Positions 10,231-20,674 of a DNA stretch of 32,000 nucleotides are shown here, piece after piece. The notes beneath the pieces are model-generated. The model saw only the letters and a program-made list of their open reading frames with translations. It did not search any database and was not told the DNA's origin. This DNA is from Pasteurella multocida. GTDB lineage: Bacteria; Pseudomonadota; Gammaproteobacteria; Enterobacterales; Pasteurellaceae. Position 1 is the first letter of the stretch. The number at the start of each line of letters is the position of its first letter. Made by a program: the position numbers and the translations under genes. The stretch spans positions 1,440,001 through 1,472,000 of the forward strand of contig NZ_LT906458.1 of NCBI RefSeq assembly GCF_900187275.1, in the 5' to 3' direction.

Positions 10231-12633
10231 ATGGCAAAAATCAAAAACAATCCACATTTGCAAGATCCAAACTATCAAGAAGAACTCGCAAAATATGAGA
10301 ACCCGATCCCAAGTCGCGAATTTATTCTTGATACAATTCGTCAACATAATGCACCTATCTCAAAAGAAGAATTACTGACCACATTTGCTATTCAAAATGA
10401 AGAACAACAAGAAGCCATGCGCCGTCGCTTAAGAGCGATGGAAAATGACGGACAATTGGTTTTCACTAAACGTAAACGCTACGCTTTACCGGAAAAACTG
10501 GATTTATTAAAAGGGACCGTATTAGGTCATCGTGATGGTTATGGTTTTTTACAAGTCGAAGGTAAAGACAGCGATTGGTTTATACCCAACAGCCAAATGC
10601 AGCGAGTAATGCACGGTGACTATGTCCTCGCCCAACCTAGCGGTTTTGACCGTCGTGGTCGCCAAGAAGTGCGGATTGTCCGCGTCTTACAACAGCGTAA
10701 AAAACAGATTGTTGGTCGTTTTTTCTTAGAAGATGGTATTGGTTATGTAGTACCTGACGATAGTCGAATTAATCGCGACATTTTAATTCCGAATGAACAC
10801 CGCCAAGGCGCTCGTATGGGACAAGTGGTTGTAGTTGAATTAAAACCACGTACCGCAACATTTAGCCAACCTGTTGGAATGATTAGCGAAATTCTCGGTG
10901 AAAATATGGCAAAAGGGATGGAGGTGGAAATTGCTATCCGTAATCATGATATTCCCCATGTTTTTCCAGACGCGGTCCTCAAACAAGTTTCTAAACTGAG
11001 TGAAGAAGTACCGGAAGAAGCCAAATCAGGACGTATTGATTTACGCCATCTTCCGTTAGTCACCATTGATGGTGAAGATGCTCGCGATTTTGACGATGCG
11101 GTTTTTTGCCAGAAAAAACGTGGAGGCGGTTGGAAACTGTGGGTTGCCATTGCCGATGTCAGCTACTATGTTCGTTTACGTACTGCCCTTGATACCGAAG
11201 CACATGCGCGTGGAAACTCGGTATATTTCCCAAATCGCGTTGTTCCTATGCTACCGGAAATCCTCTCCAATGGACTTTGTTCATTAAACCCACAAGTCGA
11301 TCGCTTATGTATGGTCTGTGAGCTGAATGTTTCAGCAAAAGGTAAAATCACAGGCTATGAATTTTATGAAGCGGTCATGAACTCTCATGCTCGCTTAACC
11401 TATACCAAAGTTGCTCGTATTTTAGAGGACGATGAAGAACTTTGTACTCGTTATCAAGCACTGGTTCCCCATTTAAAAGAACTCCATGTAATGTACCAAG
11501 CCTTAGTGGAAGCCCGTCATCAACGTGGCGCCATTGACTTTGAAACCATTGAAAGTAAGTTTGTGTTTAATGAAATGGGGCGAATCGAACGGATTGAGCC
11601 TGTTATTCGTAATGATGCGCATAAAATCATTGAAGAATGTATGATCCTCGCCAATATTGCGGCGGCAAACTTTATGGAAAAACATCAAGAGCCAGCCCTT
11701 TTCCGTATTCATGCGGGTCCAAGCGAAGAAAAAGTGACGGGCTTCCGCCAATTCCTCAGTGAATGTGGTTTAAGCCTTGAAGGTGGCAGTAAACCAAGTA
11801 CCGCAGACTACGCTAAATTATTGGAGCAAATTCGCGAACGTCCAGATCATGAGTTATTGCAAACCATGTTATTACGTTCGTTAAGTCAAGCCGTTTATCA
11901 TCCTGACAATATTGGGCACTTTGGGCTTGCACTCGAAGAATATGCGCATTTTACTTCGCCAATTCGCCGTTATCCTGATTTGACTTTGCATCGTGGGATT
12001 AAATACTTGTTAGCCAAACTAAAAGGCTCGAAACGGAGAACCACTGATACGGGAGGGTATCACTATACACTTGATGACATGGATGTATTAGGCGACCACT
12101 GCTCCATGACAGAACGACGGGCCGATGATGCCACTCGTGATGTTGCAGACTGGCTAAAATGCGAATATATGCAAGATCATGTAGGCGAAGAATTTACAGG
12201 TGTGATTTCATCTGTGACAGGTTTTGGCTTATTTGTCCGCTTAGATGACCTCTTTATTGATGGCTTAGTCCACATTTCTACCTTAGATAACGACTACTAC
12301 CAATTTGATCTCGCTCGACAACGTTTAATCGGTGAAAATAGTGGTATGATCTACCGCATTGGCGATAAGGTAAAAATCCGTGTGGAAGCAGTTAGCCTTG
12401 AACAACGCCAAGTGGATTTTTCTTTAGTGTCGAGTGAGCGTAAACCATTACGAGAAGGCAAAACAGCCAAAGACAAGCTCAAGAAAAATGCACGCTACGC
12501 TGAAAGTCTCGAAAAACAACGCCATAAACGTAAACCAAGCACCAGTAAAAGTGCGGTAAGAAAAACAAGCGTTGTTAAACCATCAACAACCACGAAAAAA
12601 GCCAGTAAGAAATCAGCTAAAAAGAGAAAGTAG
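10231..12633 (+). CDS. rnr: Ribonuclease R
   Basis: RNB domain ([10 protein letters not shown]), S1 domain, Lys-rich tail. ATG at 10231 ([15 protein letters not shown]) is preceded by GGGAG; the track start at 10069 adds an unlikely extension. Confidence 0.95.
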   Translation: MAKIKNNPHLQDPNYQEELAKYENPIPSREFILDTIRQHNAPISKEELLTTFAIQNEEQQEAMRRRLRAMENDGQLVFTKRKRYALPEKLDLLKGTVLGHRDGYGFLQVEGKDSDWFIPNSQMQRVMHGDYVLAQPSGFDRRGRQEVRIVRVLQQRKKQIVGRFFLEDGIGYVVPDDSRINRDILIPNEHRQGARMGQVVVVELKPRTATFSQPVGMISEILGENMAKGMEVEIAIRNHDIPHVFPDAVLKQVSKLSEEVPEEAKSGRIDLRHLPLVTIDGEDARDFDDAVFCQKKRGGGWKLWVAIADVSYYVRLRTALDTEAHARGNSVYFPNRVVPMLPEILSNGLCSLNPQVDRLCMVCELNVSAKGKITGYEFYEAVMNSHARLTYTKVARILEDDEELCTRYQALVPHLKELHVMYQALVEARHQRGAIDFETIESKFVFNEMGRIERIEPVIRNDAHKIIEECMILANIAAANFMEKHQEPALFRIHAGPSEEKVTGFRQFLSECGLSLEGGSKPSTADYAKLLEQIRERPDHELLQTMLLRSLSQAVYHPDNIGHFGLALEEYAHFTSPIRRYPDLTLHRGIKYLLAKLKGSKRRTTDTGGYHYTLDDMDVLGDHCSMTERRADDATRDVADWLKCEYMQDHVGEEFTGVISSVTGFGLFVRLDDLFIDGLVHISTLDNDYYQFDLARQRLIGENSGMIYRIGDKVKIRVEAVSLEQRQVDFSLVSSERKPLREGKTAKDKLKKNARYAESLEKQRHKRKPSTSKSAVRKTSVVKPSTTTKKASKKSAKKRK

Positions 12634-13371
12634 ATGAGTGAAAATATTTATGGCATTCATGCAGTAAGTGCCTTTTTAAACAACGCGCCAGAGCGTTTAA
12701 TTGAAGTTTATGCACTCAAAGGGCGCGACGATAAACGTTTACAACCTTTGCTCAATGAACTTCATCGGTTGGGTATTACTATCCAATTTGTTAATCGCCA
12801 AACCCTTGATAAAAAAGCAGAGGGCGAAGTACACCAAGGCATCATGGCACGTGTTCAGCCAGCGAAAGAATTGAATGAAGCAGATTTAGATACGCTTTTA
12901 CAAAATCAGTCCAATCCGTTGCTATTAGTGTTAGATGGTGTGACTGATCCACATAACTTAGGTGCTTGTTTGCGTACTGCGGATGCAGCGGGCGTGTGTG
13001 CTGTGATAGTACCAAAAGATAAATCTGCCCAATTAACCGCTATCGCACGTAAAGTAGCTTGTGGTGCCGCTGAAGTCGTGCCATTAATCCGTGTAACCAA
13101 CCTCGCGCGCACTTTGCGTGAATTACAGCAGAAGCACAACATTTGGGTGGTTGGTACTGCAGGTGAAGCCACAAATACGCTCTATCAAACGCAATTAACA
13201 GGGGGCTTAGCCCTTGTAATGGGAGCGGAAGGTGAAGGGATGCGTCGTTTAACGCGTGAGCATTGTGATCAACTGATTAGTATTCCAATGGCGGGTTCAG
13301 TCTCTTCGCTGAATGTTTCTGTGGCGACAGGGGTTTGCTTATTTGAAATTGTCAGACAGCGTTTAGCTTAA
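12634..13371 (+). CDS. rlmB: 23S rRNA (guanosine(2251)-2'-O)-methyltransferase
   Basis: 245 aa SpoU family; [35 protein letters not shown]; starts immediately after the rnr stop. Confidence 0.95.
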   Translation: MSENIYGIHAVSAFLNNAPERLIEVYALKGRDDKRLQPLLNELHRLGITIQFVNRQTLDKKAEGEVHQGIMARVQPAKELNEADLDTLLQNQSNPLLLVLDGVTDPHNLGACLRTADAAGVCAVIVPKDKSAQLTAIARKVACGAAEVVPLIRVTNLARTLRELQQKHNIWVVGTAGEATNTLYQTQLTGGLALVMGAEGEGMRRLTREHCDQLISIPMAGSVSSLNVSVATGVCLFEIVRQRLA

Positions 13372-13406
13372 ACTGAGAGTAAAACTGAGCGCACTTTATT
13401 GCCATA

Positions 13407-13440
13407 AAAAAGCGTAATGAAATTTTTCATTACGCTTTTT
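13407..13440. terminator. Bidirectional terminator between rlmB and sodC
   Basis: AAAAAGCGTAATGAAA/TTTCATTACGCTTTTT perfect 16-bp stem between convergent genes. Confidence 0.85.
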
Positions 13441-13455
13441 GTTCATTAATACGCT

Positions 13456-14016
13456 TTATTTGATCACACCGCAAGCCATACGTGGACCGCCACCACCTAA
13501 TGGTGCTGGGTGATCATCATGGTTATCACCGCCCTCATGAATCATTAATGAACGCCCTTTCACGTCGTCCAAATGTTTCAAACGTGGCGCTAACACTGGG
13601 TTATTTGCAGTACCATCTTGGTTCACGACTAACGCAGGTAAATCACCTAAATGGGCATCATCCGACCACGGGTAACCATGTTTACCTGCATTTTTAGGAT
13701 CCCAATGTCCACCAGCTGCCAACCCCGCTACTAACTTGCCGTCTTTTTCTTTGGCATCGCAGCTTGGGTTTTGATGAATATGGAAACCATGCAAACCCGC
13801 CGTTAAATTTTTCAATTCTGGCGTAAAGACCAAACCATAAGCAGATTCAGTAATCACGACTTTACCGATTTCTTGATTACCTTTAACCGGATCCAGCAAC
13901 TCTACTTTCACTTCTAGCATTTCGCCGGTATGTTTATGTTCCACCGCATGATTATGCGCAAATGCAGAAGCCACCATACCACAAGAAAACATCAGGGCTA
14001 ATACTGTTTTTTTCAT
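13456..14016 (-). CDS. sodC: Periplasmic Cu,Zn superoxide dismutase
   Basis: 186 aa; signal peptide; [42 protein letters not shown]. Confidence 0.96.
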   Translation of the reverse strand: MKKTVLALMFSCGMVASAFAHNHAVEHKHTGEMLEVKVELLDPVKGNQEIGKVVITESAYGLVFTPELKNLTAGLHGFHIHQNPSCDAKEKDGKLVAGLAAGGHWDPKNAGKHGYPWSDDAHLGDLPALVVNQDGTANNPVLAPRLKHLDDVKGRSLMIHEGGDNHDDHPAPLGGGGPRMACGVIK

Positions 14017-14086
14017 ATTAATCTCCTTGTTGAGTGTAAAATAATGCTAAATCGCCGGGTTATTTTACTGCAATGATGGTGGCTTT

Positions 14087-16918
14087 TTAGCGCTTTTGTA
14101 AAAGCGTTTTTAAGAAGCGTGCGGTATGTGAACCTTTCACTTCAGCGACCTGTTCTGGTGTGCCTGTGGCAATAATTTGTCCACCGCCATTCCCCCCTTC
14201 AGGACCTAAATCAATAATCCAATCGGCTGTTTTGATCACATCTAAATTGTGCTCAATCACCACTATCGTATTGCCTTGATCACGTAAACGATGCAAGACT
14301 GTTAATAGCTGTTTAATATCAGCAAAATGTAAACCTGTCGTCGGTTCATCTAATACATACAAAGTTTTCCCTGTATCACGTTTTGAAAGCTCCGTTGCTA
14401 ATTTCACTCGTTGCGCTTCCCCACCCGATAACGTGGTCGAAGATTGTCCTAAACGAATATAGGATAAACCAACATCCATTAAAGTTTGTAATTTACGGGC
14501 GATCTGCGGAATCGCATCAAAAAACTCGCGCGCTTCTTCTACCGTCATTTCTAACACTTGATGAATCGTTTTACCTTTGTAACGGATCTCTAAGGTTTCT
14601 CGATTATAACGTTTTCCCTTACATTGCTCACAAGGCACATACACATCGGGCAAAAAGTGCATCTCTACTTTAATCACACCATCGCCTTGACAGGCCTCAC
14701 AGCGTCCACCGCGTACATTAAAACTAAAACGTCCGGGATTATAACCCCGGGCTCTCGACTCAGGCACGCCCGCAAATAATTCTCGAATCGGCGTAAATAA
14801 GCCAGTATAAGTGGCAGGATTCGAACGCGGTGTACGACCAATTGGACTTTGGTCAATATCAATTACTTTATCAAAAAATTCTAAACCCGAAATGGATTGA
14901 TAAGGCGCAAATTGCGTATTTTCCGCACGATTCAAGGCATTTTGTGCTAATGGGAACAACGTATCATTAATCAAGGTCGATTTCCCTGACCCCGAAACAC
15001 CTGTCACACAGGTAAACAATCCTACTGGAATGGCTAAATTCACTGATTTCAGATTATTCCCCGTTGCCCCTTCTAATTTCAGCATTTTTTTCTTATCAAG
15101 TGCGGTCCGTTTTGCGGGAATTTCGATTTTCTCGACCCCAGATAAAAATTTCCCCGTAATTGAGTGTGGATTAGCCATAATCGCCTTTGCCGAACCTTCT
15201 GCCACAATTTGCCCACCATGAACTCCTGCCCCGGGACCAATATCAATAATATGATCTGCCGCCATAATGGCATCTTCATCATGTTCTACCACAATCACGG
15301 TGTTCCCTAAGTTACGTAAGTGAAGCAATGTATTCAGTAATCGCTCATTATCACGTTGATGCAAACCAATAGACGGCTCATCTAGCACATACATCACCCC
15401 CACTAAACCCGCACCAATTTGACTGGCTAAACGAATTCGCTGTGCTTCCCCACCAGACAAGGTTTCTGCTGAACGAGAAAGTGAAAGATAATCCAACCCT
15501 ACATTGACTAAAAATTGTAAGCGCTCTTTAATTTCTTTTAAGATTTTCTCAGCAATTTGAGCTCTTTGCCCGCTTAAATGCAATTCACTAAAGAAATGCA
15601 ACGTTTCGCCAATACTCTTTTCTGCCACATCAGGTAAAGTGGTGGTGCCAATATACACATGACGTGCCTCTTGACGTAAACGTGAACCCCCACAATCATG
15701 GCAAGGACAGGTACTGATATTTTTCGCTAATTCTTCACGCACAGACAGCGATTCCGTTTCTTTATAACGGCGCGCCATATTATTTAGAATGCCTTCAAAT
15801 GCATGATGACGCACGACTACATCGCCGCGATCATTCATGTATTGAAACTCAATTTCTTCCTTACCTGAACCATTTAAAATAATCTGCTGGATTTTTTTCG
15901 GCAGTGCCTCAAAAGGTGATTCAATATCAAATTCATAATGCTTCGCTAAGGAGGTGAGCATTTGGTAGTAATAGAAGTTACGACGATCCCAGCCTTTTAC
16001 TGCGCCACTGGCTAACGAAATACTCGGGTTTTGCACCACGCGTTTTTCATCAAAATATTGTTGCACACCTAAGCCATCGCAAGTCGGACACGCCCCGGCG
16101 GGATTATTAAAAGAAAATAAACGAGGTTCTAATTCTGGCACGGAATACCCACAATGTGGACAAGCAAAATTAGCCGAAAAGACCAATTCTTCCGTTTCAG
16201 GCTCATCCATGGAAGCAACTACAGCGGTGCCACCAGATAATTCCAATGCTGTTTCAAAGGATTCTGCTAATCTTGTGGCTAAATCAGACCGCACCTTAAA
16301 ACGGTCCACAACCACTTCAATAGTATGTTTTTTATGTAATTCTAATTTAGGTGCATCAGATAAATCACAAATTTCACCGTCAATTCTGGCTCGAATATAA
16401 CCTTGGGCGGCAATTTGCTCTAATAATTTAACATGTTCACCCTTACGTTCTTTCACCACTGGAGCCAGCAACATCATTTTGCTTTCTTCAGGCAAACTCA
16501 ATACCTTATCCACCATCTGGCTAATGGTTTGTGCCGCTAAAGGCACATCATGATTCGGACAACGCGGTTCCCCTACTCGAGCAAAAAGAAGACGTAAGTA
16601 ATCATGAATTTCGGTGACCGTACCCACCGTTGAACGCGGATTATGTGAGGTAGATTTTTGTTCAATAGAAATCGCCGGCGATAATCCTTCAATATGATCC
16701 ACATCCGGCTTTTCCATTAGGGATAAGAATTGACGTGCATATGCCGACAAGGATTCTACATAACGGCGTTGTCCCTCAGCATACAGGGTATCAAAGGCTA
16801 AAGAAGATTTACCTGATCCCGATAATCCCGTAATCACAATTAATTTATCACGAGGAATAGTTAAATTAATATTTTTTAAATTATGGGTTCTCGCCCCACG
16901 TACCTCAATCTTATCCAT
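14087..16918 (-). CDS. uvrA: Excinuclease ABC subunit A
   Basis: 943 aa; two ABC ATPase modules ([34 protein letters not shown]), zinc-finger Cys motifs. Confidence 0.98.
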   Translation of the reverse strand: MDKIEVRGARTHNLKNINLTIPRDKLIVITGLSGSGKSSLAFDTLYAEGQRRYVESLSAYARQFLSLMEKPDVDHIEGLSPAISIEQKSTSHNPRSTVGTVTEIHDYLRLLFARVGEPRCPNHDVPLAAQTISQMVDKVLSLPEESKMMLLAPVVKERKGEHVKLLEQIAAQGYIRARIDGEICDLSDAPKLELHKKHTIEVVVDRFKVRSDLATRLAESFETALELSGGTAVVASMDEPETEELVFSANFACPHCGYSVPELEPRLFSFNNPAGACPTCDGLGVQQYFDEKRVVQNPSISLASGAVKGWDRRNFYYYQMLTSLAKHYEFDIESPFEALPKKIQQIILNGSGKEEIEFQYMNDRGDVVVRHHAFEGILNNMARRYKETESLSVREELAKNISTCPCHDCGGSRLRQEARHVYIGTTTLPDVAEKSIGETLHFFSELHLSGQRAQIAEKILKEIKERLQFLVNVGLDYLSLSRSAETLSGGEAQRIRLASQIGAGLVGVMYVLDEPSIGLHQRDNERLLNTLLHLRNLGNTVIVVEHDEDAIMAADHIIDIGPGAGVHGGQIVAEGSAKAIMANPHSITGKFLSGVEKIEIPAKRTALDKKKMLKLEGATGNNLKSVNLAIPVGLFTCVTGVSGSGKSTLINDTLFPLAQNALNRAENTQFAPYQSISGLEFFDKVIDIDQSPIGRTPRSNPATYTGLFTPIRELFAGVPESRARGYNPGRFSFNVRGGRCEACQGDGVIKVEMHFLPDVYVPCEQCKGKRYNRETLEIRYKGKTIHQVLEMTVEEAREFFDAIPQIARKLQTLMDVGLSYIRLGQSSTTLSGGEAQRVKLATELSKRDTGKTLYVLDEPTTGLHFADIKQLLTVLHRLRDQGNTIVVIEHNLDVIKTADWIIDLGPEGGNGGGQIIATGTPEQVAEVKGSHTARFLKTLLQKR

Positions 16919-16977
16919 AAATACAAAAAGCCATCAAAAATTGTCCAAATTGCGTTCATTATCGCACATTCTGAAAT

Positions 16978-16997
16978 AACTGTGCAAATATCCAGTT
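16978..16997. promoter_or_regulatory. Candidate LexA/SOS box in uvrA-ssb divergent intergenic region
   Basis: AACTGTGCAAATATCCAGTT: CTG-N10-CAG core with AACTG/CAGTT symmetry. uvrA-ssb shares a LexA operator in E. coli. Confidence 0.65.
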
Positions 16998-17089
16998 AAT
17001 CTTATTTTTTAACATAGATCTTTTTCTCATTTTAGGGCAAAATAGTCAAAATGATCAGCACAATTTGAAAGAAAACGTAAGAGGACTAT

Positions 17090-17590
17090 ATGGCTGGAGT
17101 AAATAAAGTAATTATTGTAGGAAACTTAGGTAACGATCCTGAAATCCGCACAATGCCAAATGGTGAAGCCGTAGCCAATATCAGCGTCGCGACCAGTGAA
17201 AGCTGGATCGACAAAAATACTAACGAACGTCGTGAAGTCACCGAATGGCATCGCATCGTATTCTACCGTCGCCAAGCTGAAGTGGCTGGGGAATATCTGC
17301 GTAAAGGTTCAAAAGTGTATGTAGAAGGGCGCCTAAAAACCCGTAAATGGCAAGACCAAAATGGGCAAGACCGCTACACTACCGAGATCCAAGGCGACGT
17401 GTTGCAAATGCTCGACAGCCGTAACGAACGTCAACAAACCGGCGGCTATGCCCCACAAACCGCTTCGCCACAATATAATGCCCCAACAGGTGGCTACGGC
17501 GCACAACCTTCTCGTCCAGCGACAAAACCCGCTCCACAAAACGAACCTCCAATGGACATGGGCTTTGAGGAAGATAATATTCCGTTTTAA
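17090..17590 (+). CDS. ssb: Single-stranded DNA-binding protein
   Basis: 166 aa; [25 protein letters not shown]-terminal acidic tip [12 protein letters not shown]. Confidence 0.98.
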   Translation: MAGVNKVIIVGNLGNDPEIRTMPNGEAVANISVATSESWIDKNTNERREVTEWHRIVFYRRQAEVAGEYLRKGSKVYVEGRLKTRKWQDQNGQDRYTTEIQGDVLQMLDSRNERQQTGGYAPQTASPQYNAPTGGYGAQPSRPATKPAPQNEPPMDMGFEEDNIPF

Positions 17591-17599
17591 CCATAAAAA

Positions 17600-17630
17600 A
17601 ACAACCCCTAGCAATGTTAGGGGTTGTTTT
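17600..17630 (+). terminator. Rho-independent terminator after ssb
   Basis: AACAACCCCTA (17600-17610)/TAGGGGTTGTT (17618-17628) followed by T's. Confidence 0.88.
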
Positions 17631-17715
17631 AATTATAGCTAGACAAAGTCTAGCTATAAAAACCATACGCTTTGCGTATGGAACAGAAAAGCTTAAGCGG
17701 TGAGCAGAACAAAAC

Positions 17716-17767
17716 ATCCTCCTATAATGAACAAGGCTGACAACCAAAATTCAACATATAGGAGGAT
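17716..17767 (+). promoter_or_regulatory. Shine-Dalgarno-sequestering hairpin in tnpA 5' leader
   Basis: ATCCTCCTATA (17716-17726) is perfectly complementary to TATAGGAGGAT (17757-17767), which contains the AGGAGG ribosome-binding site 5 nt before the ATG at 17773. Confidence 0.78.
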
Positions 17768-17772
17768 AAGTC

Positions 17773-18237
17773 ATGGCAAGTAAATCCAATGACGATTCAA
17801 GTCTATCACACACAAGATGGAACTGTAAGTACCACATAGTCTTTATCCCTAAGTATAGGAGAAAAGCAATTTATGGAAAATTGCGAGTTGATATAGGAGG
17901 GATACTAAGACAATTATGTCACTACAAGAATGTAGAGATAATAGAGGCATATGCAATGAAAGAGCATATCCATATGCTGTTAAGGATACCTCCGAAACTG
18001 GCCGTTTCAAGTTTTATGGGGTATTTAAAAGGTAAGTCATCGCTAATGATATTTGAAAGACATGCAAATTTGAAATATAAGTATGGGAATCGAAATTTTT
18101 GGGCGAAAGGCTATTATGTAAGTACAGTAGGTTTAAATACAAAAATTGTAGAGGAATATATCCGAAATCAGGAAAAGGAAGATATGATTCAGGATAATTT
18201 ATCGAAGAAAGAATATATGGACCCCTTTAAGGGGTAG
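17773..18237 (+). CDS. tnpA: IS200/IS605-family transposase TnpA (HUH, single-Tyr)
   Basis: 154 aa; CKYHIVFIPKYRRKAIYG, MKEHIHMLLRIPP (HUH), FWAKGYYVSTVG (catalytic Tyr region). Confidence 0.96.
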   Translation: MASKSNDDSSLSHTRWNCKYHIVFIPKYRRKAIYGKLRVDIGGILRQLCHYKNVEIIEAYAMKEHIHMLLRIPPKLAVSSFMGYLKGKSSLMIFERHANLKYKYGNRNFWAKGYYVSTVGLNTKIVEEYIRNQEKEDMIQDNLSKKEYMDPFKG

Positions 18238-18393
18238 GCAACAGAGTTATTGAACGGTTGTCAGAATTCACATGCCCCTTGAGGGGCATGTGAAGTACTA
18301 GGCCCTTATAGGGTGGCCTAAAAACCGCCCGTTTTACGGGCGGATTGTTATTCATCCTCCAGATGGCTCAAACACACATGCAATCTCTTCCTT

Positions 18394-18700
18394 TCATGAC
18401 AAAATCGTGCGTATGACATGATTAAAAATATCCATATCCAATTTATCTGAATCTAGGTTCCCATCTGTAATAAAAAGCGGTGAACTGGCAGCAAAAACAA
18501 CTAGAAGCGTATCCTCACTGAGTTTTGCTTTCTTCTTGTTGTGTAATATCAAACAGGTCTTCCAACCCTAAATAATTGTAAATATCGCCATCATAAAGAG
18601 ATAACGACTTATGTTTCAAGGTGATTTTCTGTGCTATTTCAGGCAGTTGATAGCACTTATGTTTATACCAAGTAAATTTTTGGCTGTCGATTACTAAGGG
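18394..18700 (-). pseudogene. Frameshifted remnant of an unidentified protein-coding gene
   Basis: Minus strand reads DSQKFTWYKHKCYQLPEIAQKITLKHKSLSLYDGDIYNYLGLEDLFDITQQEESKTQ*, and a second frame continues KLSEDTLLVVFAASSPLFITDGNLDSDKLDMDIFNHVIRTILS*. Protein-like composition in both halves, no intact ORF. Confidence 0.5.
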
Positions 18701-18763
18701 TTAATCCCCTTACTCAAAAAGGCACGCGCAATCTTTAAGAACAAAAGAACAATCCACTTATAA

Positions 18764-18800
18764 AAGTGCGGTGAATTTTTACTTAAAGTCAACCGCACTT
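18764..18800 (-). terminator. Inverted uptake signal pair downstream of folD
   Basis: AAGTGCGGT (18764-18772) and ACCGCACTT (18792-18800), just past the folD stop. Confidence 0.55.
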
Positions 18801-18813
18801 TGCTACACCAATT

Positions 18814-19668
18814 CTAAGAGGCTATTTTCATTTCATACGCTGACAAGGTATTAAACATTAACATTGCCACCGTCATGGGACCTACACCACCAGGAACGGG
18901 TGTAATGTATCCTGCTTTTTCAAGTGCCACATCGTATTCCACATCGCCGACTAATTTCCCTTCCTGACGGTTAATCCCGACATCAATCACAATTGCCCCC
19001 GCTTTGATCCAATCGCCCGGAATAAACTTCGGTTTGCCCACCGCAACCACAAGAATATCCGCTTGACGAACGTGATGTGCGAGATCTTTGGTAAAACGAT
19101 GCGTTACGGTGACAGTACAGCCTGCCAATAACAACTCAAGTGCCATCGGGCGTCCCACTATATTTGATGCACCGACAATCACTGCATGCTTACCGTGTAA
19201 ATCAATCCCCGTGGTTTCGAGCAATTTCATCACGCCATAAGGCGTGCAAGCACGTAAAGTCGGAATACGTTGACATAAACGCCCCACATTATAAGGATGA
19301 AAACCATCTACATCTTTTTCAGGCGTAATACGTTCAATCACTTTTGTGCTATCAATATGTTTAGGAAGTGGTAATTGTACTAAAATCCCATCTACCGTCG
19401 TATCTGCATTTAATTCATCAATTAATGCCAATAATTCACTTTCTTGCGTGGTTTCAGGTAAATCATAGGATTTTGACTGGATCCCAATTTCTGCACAACT
19501 TTTACGCTTACTTCCTACATAGACTTGAGAAGCCGGATCCGCCCCCACGAGAATCACCGCTAAACCCGGTGAGCGTTTGCCCTGCTGAGTATAGGTTTCG
19601 ATTTTTTGTGCTACTTGGGATTTAATTGTTTTCGAGAGTTCTGTGCCAGAAATCACTTGTGCAGTCAT
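18814..19668 (-). CDS. folD: Bifunctional methylenetetrahydrofolate dehydrogenase/cyclohydrolase
   Basis: 284 aa; [36 protein letters not shown]. Confidence 0.97.
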
Positions 19669-19785
19669 GACTTTATCCTTTATTTACGTGAAAGAAAACG
19701 TTTGCTATTCTCGCAAAAAACGCCTGTAAATGTAAGTCAAATTGAGATAAATTTAAGCGTTTGATTGAAAAATAGAAAAAAGTCA

Positions 19786-19814
19786 TTGACTGGAATTAAA
19801 AGAAAACTATAATG
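19786..19814 (+). promoter_or_regulatory. Sigma70-like promoter for tRNA genes
   Basis: TTGACT (19786-19791), 17-bp spacer, TATAAT (19809-19814), 12 bp before the tRNA-Pro 5' end. Confidence 0.75.
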
Positions 19815-19826
19815 CTACACATTCGT

Positions 19827-19903
19827 CGGCGAGTAGCGCAGCTTGGTAGCGCAACTGGTTTGGGACCAGTGGGTCGTAGGTTCAAATCCTATCTCGCCGA
19901 CCA
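19827..19903 (+). tRNA. tRNA-Pro(TGG)
   Basis: 77 nt; CGGCGAG/CTCGCCG acceptor, anticodon TGG, GTTCAAATC T-loop, encoded CCA. Confidence 0.95.
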
Positions 19904-19933
19904 CTTCTTTTCTTCCCCGTATCCATTTGAAAT

Positions 19934-20010
19934 GCGCCCTTAGCTCAGCTGGATAGAGCAACGGCCTTCTAAGCCGTAGGTCATTGGTTCGAATCCAATA
20001 GGGCGTGCCA
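19934..20010 (+). tRNA. tRNA-Arg(TCT)
   Basis: 77 nt; GCGCCCT/AGGGCGT acceptor, anticodon TCT, GGTTCGAATCC T-arm, encoded CCA. Confidence 0.95.
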
Positions 20011-20072
20011 TTAATTTTCTTATTCTCAACAAGTTCAATTCAAGTAATAAGCTTAGACCCTCATATTTATCC

Positions 20073-20224
20073 AATATCACTAATATCACTAATATCACTA
20101 ATATCACTAATATCACTAATATCACTAATATCACTAATATCACTAATATCACTAATATCACTAATATCACTAATATCACTAATATCACTAATATCACTAA
20201 TATCACTAATATCACTAATATCAC
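20073..20224. repeat. 9-bp tandem repeat (AATATCACT), about 16.9 perfect copies
   Basis: Direct reading of uninterrupted AATATCACT units. Confidence 0.97.
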
Positions 20225-20235
20225 ACACAATCATA

Positions 20236-20322
20236 ATTTCATTATTTCATTATTTCATTATTTCATTATTTCATTATTTCATTATTTCATTATTTCATTA
20301 TTTCATTATTTCATTATTTCAT
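20236..20322. repeat. 8-bp tandem repeat (ATTTCATT), about 10.9 perfect copies
   Basis: Direct reading of uninterrupted ATTTCATT units. Confidence 0.97.
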
Positions 20323-20495
20323 CAAGTTAAATATCTACGCCATACTATTGTATAAAAGAAAGGTATTTTTAACACTCATCGGCATAATATTGCATTTTTC
20401 CCTACCTTACAGGAACCTATACAACAATTTTACTCATCTGCATTATTATCAATAAGACACTCATCAGACCACACAAGAAAATGTAATTCATTGAA

Positions 20496-20515
20496 AAGTA
20501 AAGTAAAGTAAAGTA
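20496..20515. repeat. 5-bp tandem repeat (AAGTA), 4 copies
   Basis: aagtaaagtaaagtaaagta, about 160 bp upstream of the autotransporter ATG. Confidence 0.9.
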
Positions 20516-20674
20516 AATCAATTGTAATGAAAGATATGCAAATATATATTTCTGTATGGTTAAATTTACAATTTTGTATATAATATATGCGCAATTTGCT
20601 TAAACTGCAAACAGCATATAGAAATATACAATAACTTTTCATTTTTATTCATCTTCTTAATTTAAGGATATTAT

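Larger units (their letters stand above)
17634..18345 (+). mobile_element. IS200/IS605-family insertion sequence, tnpA only (ends approximate)
   Basis: Full-length Y1 transposase ORF bracketed by subterminal hairpins: TATAGCTAGAC-aaa-GTCTAGCTATA, CCATACGC-ttt-GCGTATGG on the left; CACATGCCCC...GGGGCATGTG, TAGGCC...GGCCTA and CCGCCCGT-ttt-ACGGGCGG on the right. Length ~0.7 kb fits IS200. Confidence 0.75.

Noticed and set aside
13482-17747. Multiple antisense ORFs inside sodC, uvrA and ssb (e.g. 14383..14673, 15030..15221, 17361..17642, 17379..17747)
   Set aside because: Overlap strongly supported conserved genes or IS ends on the other frame; no independent evidence of coding.
19904-20072. 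tRNA-Arg 3' end as integration site of a genomic island
   Set aside because: No integrase gene and no obvious duplicated tRNA 3' end seen in the window.
19940-20230. 96-aa minus ORF MCVILVILVIL...MARPIGFEPMTYGLEGRCSIQLS
   Set aside because: It is the 9-bp tandem repeat plus the antisense of tRNA-Arg; a common false ORF pattern.
20073-20322. Possible CRISPR array
   Set aside because: Units are 8-9 bp direct tandem copies with no spacers and no cas genes nearby.
20005-20355. 116-aa plus ORF of ISL and FHYFIISL repeats
   Set aside because: Starts inside tRNA-Arg, has no convincing RBS, and is produced by translation of the 9-bp and 8-bp repeats. Membrane-peptide interpretation not supported.
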